A stretch of 64,000 nt of DNA from Octopus vulgaris (Eukaryota). The stretch spans positions 101,556,001-101,620,000 of the forward strand of contig OX597816.1 of NCBI GenBank assembly GCA_951406725.2, in the 5' to 3' direction. Position 1 is the stretch's first letter, and each line of letters starts with the position of its first letter. The notes beneath the pieces are model-generated. The model ran no database searches. It was not told the DNA's origin and worked only from the letters and a program-made list of their open reading frames with translations. Positions 56,685 through 64,000 of the stretch are shown one piece after another. The translations under genes and the position numbers were made by a program.

Positions 56685-57330
56685 TTTTTCTAAGAATGTG
56701 GGCAGTACTTGTCAGCAAAATCTTTTGGATTTCTCTGAAACATGGTTCTCCTGGGATATTATCAAGATGTTTCTGACATCCCTTTCTTATTATACCAAGA
56801 TCACCCACAATAACAGGTACCATTCTCGCTTTAAGATGCCACATCTTTTGTATTTCAATTTCCAGGTCCTCATATTTTTCTTAATTTGTCAAATTCTTTA
56901 CATCTACAAGTATTTTCTTCCCCGTCTTTAATGACTATGTCTGGTCGATTAGCTTGGATCGTTCTGTCGATGTTGACTGGAAAATTCCAGAGGATAGTGA
57001 CATTTTTACCTTCAACGACTGGCTCAGAATGATGTTCATACCAGTAAGCAGGGATGCTGATTTTGTAGTGTTTACACATTTTCCAATGTAAATACTGTCC
57101 TACCCTATCGTGGCGACTTTTGTATTCGTTTGGTGTCTGCACAGGACATCCCGAGACGTGATAGTCTATTATTTAATCAAATTTATCGTAGAATCTGCAC
57201 TTAGGGTTAGAACCGTTTTGAAGAATGTTAGCCTGGTACTTTTTGGTAAGCAAGCTTTGATCTTGTGCCGCTAATATGAAACCTTCAGTCTCTACTTTCA
57301 GTCCTTAGCTTCTCAACCACTGATTGGTTG
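56685..57330 (-). pseudogene. R4/Dong-clade LINE 3' fragment (third subfamily)
   Basis: ETEGFILAAQDQSL..EYKSRHDRVGQYLHWKMCKHY..WYEH..ILWNFPV..NRPDIVIKD..KYEDL..VPVIVG. Confidence 0.9.
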
Positions 57331-57431
57331 CTACTTGCTATTATCATTAGGAAGGATAGTAATAATAACATATTTATTGTCCACAAAGGCAATTCGGACA
57401 ATACATGCTCGAGGAGGAGAAGGAGGGGGAG

Positions 57432-57525
57432 GAAGAAGAAGAAGAAGAAGAAGAAGAAGAAGAAGAAGAAGAAGAAGAAGAAGAAGAAGAAGAAGAAGAA
57501 GAAGAAGAAGAAGAAGAAGAAGAAG
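57432..57525 (+). repeat. (GAA)n microsatellite
   Basis: Directly visible. Confidence 0.97.
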
Positions 57526-57834
57526 ATTTTTTTCGTGTTCAGTTTGTGCGGAGATTTTGATCCTGGAATGTTAATATCAATCTTGTTTCTTTCTTCAAAG
57601 ATACTTATTTCTCTTATAATTTTTCCTCATGCCGTTGTTCTTCCACAGTAGTTTGTTTTGTTCCTTCCACATTTTCTTAATATCGTCACTTACATTTTCC
57701 ACATTTTACAGTAGGCTTTTGTGCATGGCTACTTTTATCTCTCTGTCATTGGATGTCTAATATACCAGCCTAGGTTCTCTTCTTTGCTGTCAGCACATTC
57801 AGTTATACTTAGTATAAAAACTGAATAAAGAAAA

Positions 57835-58190
57835 ATATCAGCAAGCAAGATGTATCGGAAATGTACAGATTATACGAATCACTCTTCCATGTAACATGAG
57901 AATGTCCAAAAATATCGCAAACTGAATATAAGCTTAGACGCGATAATGTGACGAAGATCATCGATCTAGAACTGTCACAAAGACGGTCTCATTGGTGAAG
58001 TCAAAGATCAAATGGTCTCACCACAAAAGTCATGGTGAATACCAATGCTAAAATCTTCAGGGACCTTAACATATAAGCTGACCATGTGATAGAACATAGG
58101 TCAGATATTTTAGTTTTGTATAGGAAAGATAGAAAATGTGACATTATAGACAAAGCGACCCCTGGGAACAAGAATATAAAAGGAGGCAGA
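57835..58190 (+). pseudogene. Decayed R4/Dong endonuclease-region remnant
   Basis: ECPKISQTEYKLRRDNV..DHVIEHRSDI..IID resemble the C..LAQTEYKxRHDNV..D.VIEHRRPDI motifs. Confidence 0.55.
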
Positions 58191-58414
58191 GATTAATAGT
58201 GCCGGAGTGAGAGGTGAAGGTAGAGGAGATAAATGGCAAATAGAGCGCGACGTATCAATGAGAAAAGAAGGGGTGATAGATGAATAACAAAACAAGGAGA
58301 GAAAGAGCCGATAAACGGCGTTTGAAGTGTGAGTATATGTGTGTATGCGTGTGCGTGTACGGAGAGAACTATGTGAAAATTTACATATACATGTAAAGTA
58401 AAGAAAATATAAAA

Positions 58415-58601
58415 TATAATCCAGAATCCTTGTCCGGTACCAGATCGATACCAAAATCTAATCAGTTTATCTAAACATCCCTGAAAGTTTCATCCGAATC
58501 CATCCACCGGTTCTTGAGATATCTTGTCCACGGACAAACAAACAAGCAAACAAACAAACACAACTGAAAACAATACCTCCGCGTTCGCTACCGCGAAGGT
58601 A

Positions 58602-58602
<1 letters not shown>
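58415..58602 (+). mobile_element. HINE-like element 3' half, same family as 9711-10075
   Basis: ATCCTTGTCCGGTACCAGAT..GAGATATCTTGTCCACGGACAAACAAA..CTGAAAACAATACCTCC; followed by (TAA)n. Confidence 0.7.
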
Positions 58603-58697
<95 letters not shown>

Positions 58698-59024
58698 TAC
58701 AACAACAGCTACAGCAACAACAACAGCAACAGCAACAACAACAGTAACAACAACAGCAACAACAATAACAGCGACAAAAACAATAATAATATAGGAAATT
58801 GAGAATAAAATTTCATTTCCAGTAATTATGTCTGTATTCAGTGATCTGCGGTTCCTATTTATTTGATTGATGGTTACCTATTAACATTTAGCCATATTCT
58901 TTCATCTAATGAAGCCGTTGCACACAGTCTATATTCTTTTCTACCGTATCCATTCTAGCATAACGTCTGAATCGAGACTTGCTCTACATATGGCAGACAT
59001 TGACTCTAACTAACTAACTATCTA

Positions 59025-59096
<72 letters not shown>

Positions 59097-59227
59097 GTTC
59101 TCTCTCTCTATATATATATATATGTGTATGTATATATATACCTATACTCATATATATATATATATGCGTGTATATATATTATGTAGGCATATATATATAT
59201 ATATATATATCGACACACACACAAACA

Positions 59228-59295
<68 letters not shown>

Positions 59296-59730
59296 TACAT
59301 AATATATATACACGCACATATTAAATATATACATTTATATACCACTGTATATCAGTGTGTGCGTATACAATCTATATACTAAATACATACGTTTATATAT
59401 TTCTGTGTAGCAGTGTGTGTGTGTGTGTATACATGTGTGTGTATACATATGTGTGTGTGTATGTATACATACATATTTTATATATATATATATACACACA
59501 CACATATGTACATATACATACATACACATTCATATACACATACATGTATAAACCTATATATGTACAGATTTCGACGCTGCGCCGCGTAATCATAGACGGC
59601 ACACATCTTTTAAAATTGCAGGAGGCGGCAGCAGCGGAAGCGATGGAGGTAACAGCATCGGAGACCTTGGAGGTATTGACTATGTTGGAGATAATGGTAG
59701 CGGCGGCGGTTGTCGTCGTCGTCGTCGACA

Positions 59731-59795
<65 letters not shown>

Positions 59796-60225
59796 ATGGT
59801 GGACGGTCGTCATGACCTCGGGCTTTAAATAACATACAGCACCAGTTACCAATGCATTATTACCATCCCAAGAAATCGTCGTTCAACATATCGTGAATGT
59901 CCGTGTGTTTTTTTTTTTCTTTCTTCGCATTCTTGTAGTGCATAAATACCAGGAAGTGGTATTTACTTCTTGATGAGGTGAAAGCGCTACCAATTTCGGA
60001 CGGTGCAACTGTTCATTAAGGTGGCTTGCCAGCTTATCAGTAATGATAGCAAAAAAAAAGGTGCATGTTCCCGCCGTTATCAGGTATCATTTCCACGGTC
60101 CAGCCAATGCGTTGTAGCTTGAGAGAAATTATACCAACAAAGTATTCGAACTAAGTTGGAAATAGAAGAAAATGATTTGGTTAAAGACACACAAGATTAA
60201 AGGACTTTCAATAATATCAAGACCT

Positions 60226-60440
60226 AAGGCTGCGAGCTGGCAGGATGGTTAGCACGTCGGGTGAAATGCTTAGCAGCATTTCGCCCGTCTTTACGTTCTG
60301 AGTTTGAATTCCGCCGAGGTCGACTTTACCTTTCATTCTATCGGGGTCGAGAAAATAAGTACCAATTTAACACTGGGGTAGATGAAATCGAATTACCCGA
60401 CCCCTAACATTGCTGGTCTTGTGTCTAAATTTGAAACCAA
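60226..60440 (+). mobile_element. SINE family B
   Basis: AAGGCTGCGAGCTGGCAGGATGGTTAGC..TTCCGCCGAGGTCGACTTT..AATAAGTACCA. Confidence 0.85.
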
Positions 60441-60829
60441 TAACACCAATACCTACAACTTAGTTTTGTAAAAGGTACCGGAGACGACCGTTCTTGCCAA
60501 TAGTTTCAAAGACTTCAGTGCGAAGACTATGAAGTGGAATACGATTTTGGAAGATTCTAAGCAGGGGATTTTTATAGTATATCACAGATGGAAAGTGAAA
60601 CAAATGTCAAGAAAGAGTATTTCAGAACTTGACTGGGTGATACAGGTGACAATTATCTTTTATCTTTTACTTGTTTCGCTCATTAGACTACAGCCATACC
60701 AGGGCACCGCCTTCAATAACTTTTAGGCGAATGAACCGACCCCTGTGTTTTATTTAAGCCTCGTACTTATTCTATCCGTTCTTGGGTTGAACCGTTAAGT
60801 TATGGAGACGTAAACAAACCAACATTGCA

Positions 60830-61000
60830 GTTCTATATTTAAGAGATGAGGAATTATGTACATTATTTACATTTGACGGATATTTGTCCTCATCTTGTTT
60901 GTTGTTAACACAACGTTTTAGCTGATATACCCTCCAGCCTTCATCAGGTGTCTTGGGGAAATTTCGAACCTGGGTTCTCATTCCTAAGGTATTTTTCGAT
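60830..61000 (-). mobile_element. Penelope-type repeat with a mutated hammerhead motif (60907-60952)
   Basis: Minus strand GACAC-CTGATGA-AGGCTG..CAGC-TAAAA-CGTT-GTGTT; the GAAA box is altered. Confidence 0.6.
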
Positions 61001-61010
61001 GTTGTTGTTG

Positions 61011-61048
<38 letters not shown>

Positions 61049-61170
61049 TTTTATTATCATTATCATTATTATTCAGGTCACTTCCTGGAATCATGGGGTT
61101 AAGAGCGTAAAATGTGTTTATTATGATAGTTTTGACTTTAAGAGTCCCTCGTAGCGTGAGGCATTTATGG

Positions 61171-61241
<71 letters not shown>

Positions 61242-61249
61242 GATGAACG

Positions 61250-61292
61250 GCCTTAATCGATTTTCGAATCTTATTGGTTTCTCATCAGAGGC
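61250..61292 (-). ncRNA. Minimal type I hammerhead ribozyme motif with intact core
   Basis: Minus strand GCCT-CTGATGA-GAA(ACCAATAAGA)TTC-GAAA-ATCGAT-TA-AGGC: stem I GCCT/AGGC, stem II GAA/TTC, palindromic stem III, UUA cleavage triplet. Confidence 0.75.
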
Positions 61293-61562
61293 ATCTACAT
61301 TATCCTGATAGCAAACAACCAAGAGCTAGACAACAGGCCACTCACTGACTCATGGCTGACCGTTAGTAAGAAAGCTACACAAATAAGAAAGAAGAAAGCA
61401 AAAGACCGCTGATGAGGTCACAGAAGTGTAACGAAAGAACTCTGGCCGAAATACGATTAATGTAAAATATAAAATAAAGCTGAAGAAAATGAACACCAAA
61501 TATATAGTGCGTGTGTTTTTATTGGCTAAACTGGCAACATGACCGTCCCCAAATACAACAAT

Positions 61563-61602
<40 letters not shown>

Positions 61603-62317
61603 ATGTATGTATGTATGTATGTATGTATGTATGTATGTATGTATGTATGTATATAGATGGATGGATATTTTTTGTCTGGAAATTACCACTCCTTTAGCTT
61701 ATCCGCTCTACAGTGTGAGACGATAGCTTACAACTACTTATAACAGATGCTATGAGTTGCAAGTACTGCTATATTTCATTTACCTAACAGTGCGTATTAA
61801 TTAACTAAAATTAATATTCGCTGCCAATAAATAGACTGATACACAGATCAGGGAAATCACTGCTTGTCTCTTGTACCATTTGTACTGAAGTAGCTCCGTA
61901 GAATGAAACAAGTAGATACTCTTAATGTGCTGCAATAACCAGGCGAAACTAACTATGTTATGTCTCTTCAGCTTTTTTCTGGGTAGAGAGATAGGGAGGA
62001 AGAGAAGAGGAACTTTATTTTATACATCGTTGCTAAGTAAATATTTATTAAACATATGAATGGAAACATATTTACGCATACACGGTAGCTCAGAAAAGTA
62101 GCTGTTCATACATACATACATACATACATACATACATACATACATACATACATACATACATACATACATACATACATACATACATACATACATGCATGCA
62201 TGCATACATGCATGTATATTTGTATATTCTTGCGAAAACGTTAAACGCTCAATATACACCTGTGTTGGGAGTGTCTGTTATAATTAACTGTTAGTAAACC
62301 GATTAACGCCTCATGTA

Positions 62318-62363
<46 letters not shown>

Positions 62364-62779
62364 GCAGACCAGCAAAGAACCAAGAGCTAGACTACAGGCC
62401 ACTCACTGACTCATGCCTTGGCGTTCAGATAGCCAGCCTGTAATTAATTTATGTACGTATTGTCTTAATATTCTAATTTACTTTATTGGTGTATGAAAGT
62501 TATTTGCTTGTTTCGTGGGTGGTTTATAAATTAGTGCATAACATTACTTCCATCTGTTTGGCGAATTCTATTTACATTTCTTATACAATCCTGCGATGAA
62601 TGTGGATTTTTTTTTAATAAGTTAAGTAAACACCATTTAGTGGACTTCCTTTTACCAAAACCAGAGCTTTAAAAAAAAATGCATTGCCGACCCAAAAAGA
62701 AAAATTTTTTAAATGCATTTCTGACATTGAAATTAATGAAAGTGAAAAAAAAAAGGATATACGAGGAAATTTAACTGTG

Positions 62780-63100
62780 AACTTGATGAAATTTTTTACA
62801 ACTTTTTATATGGAAGTATTTCTTATTTGTTGGTCGTGTCTTACATTTTTAAAAGAAAATACAGTGTGGAATTCTTTAAATTATCTAAATCCCCTGCACA
62901 CTGCAATCGCCCGACACAAATATCTATTACCCATTTACAAGCATCCTCTAAAAGAATTTGGAAAAAAGTGGCTGTAATTGATGTAGCGCTGGACAAGCAG
63001 AAATCGCCTTATTAACAGACACTGTGAAGAACTTTTGAAAAACGAAAAGATCTTAAACTTTCAGGCAAAAATGAGTTATCTGAAAACAGCGGTAAATATA
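62780..63100 (+). pseudogene. Possible decayed hAT (Charlie-like) transposase N-terminus
   Basis: KRKYSVEFFK resembles the RKYxxEYLK start of Charlie-type transposases; otherwise degenerate. Confidence 0.25.
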
Positions 63101-64000
63101 CTGAATAAGCATTATGTCTGATTTTGATGAAAAATAGCGAAGTCATTTTTAAATTCTACTTTTTTAAAGGTTGTCCTCAACTATTCAGCACGATTAAATC
63201 CAATCAATTACTGTTGTTGTTTGGACCAAATACACTCATATCACCATTCAATGAATGAAACTTATGTTTCCCTCAACTTTTATCTATTATATACTAGACA
63301 GATCATAGTCTTCGTCTTCGGTTTTCTCGATCCGAGTTGTTCCGCTTATATTTCGACTTCTAATATAGGCTAGCAGGTGATTGTTGAGGCCCAGATTGGA
63401 CTGACAGATTCAATAGCATTCTCAGTGCAGGAACATTGGTGGTTTTTCACTGATGTTAGCTAGTCTTCTCACCTCTCATCTGACATTTAATAAAGGCTTT
63501 TCCCACTCATCTCGAAAGAAAATCGTGAGAATATTAAAATGATCTTCAGCTCACATCAGATAAAATCTTATTCGGTTCTAATAAATGTACACCTGTTGCT
63601 GCAATTAGTTGTTGTCCCTCATCGAGAAAACATGCGATCAAATGTAATCTAGAATAACCAATTTGTTTGTTAATTTCCCCGTATATGGTATATCTTGAAC
63701 TACATTATCTAACATCGCTTCCTTTTGAAGATTGTATTCTTTGAAGGATTTTAGACTATTGTTTTTAGCATAACGTATATATAATATAAAATAAAAGCGC
63801 TTAGCCGTAATACGTATAAATACAAACTTATACATGCTTGAGGCATATTCGAACCTGTAAGAAAGCCATTCACTGTATTTTGTCATAGTACGATGACGGG
63901 AATATAACAGTAATAATAATATTGATTTCAATATCCTTCAAAGCATGCAATCTTTAAAAGAAAGTAATATTAGATAAAATTAGAAACCAATATTAATATA

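Overview
Eukaryotic, AT-rich, microsatellite-saturated non-coding DNA. The SINE families and repeat density look like an Octopus (coleoid cephalopod) intron or intergenic region; this is an inference from recognised repeats, not a database result. I found no convincing host protein-coding exon, and almost all ORFs in the track are translations of microsatellites. Identifiable content is decayed mobile DNA: at least six fragments of R4/Dong-clade restriction-like-endonuclease LINEs sitting in (TAA)n tracts, RTE, Tx1/L1-like and Penelope-like remnants, a CCHC gag/ORF1-like pseudogene bounded by direct repeats, more than 20 tRNA-derived SINE copies, hAT MITEs (one with an 8-bp TSD) and Helentron-type non-autonomous elements. 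The most notable signal is an apparently intact minimal type I hammerhead ribozyme (61250-61292, minus strand) back-to-back with a second hammerhead-like core on the plus strand, plus several decayed hammerhead motifs elsewhere. Repeat boundaries were read by eye and are approximate.
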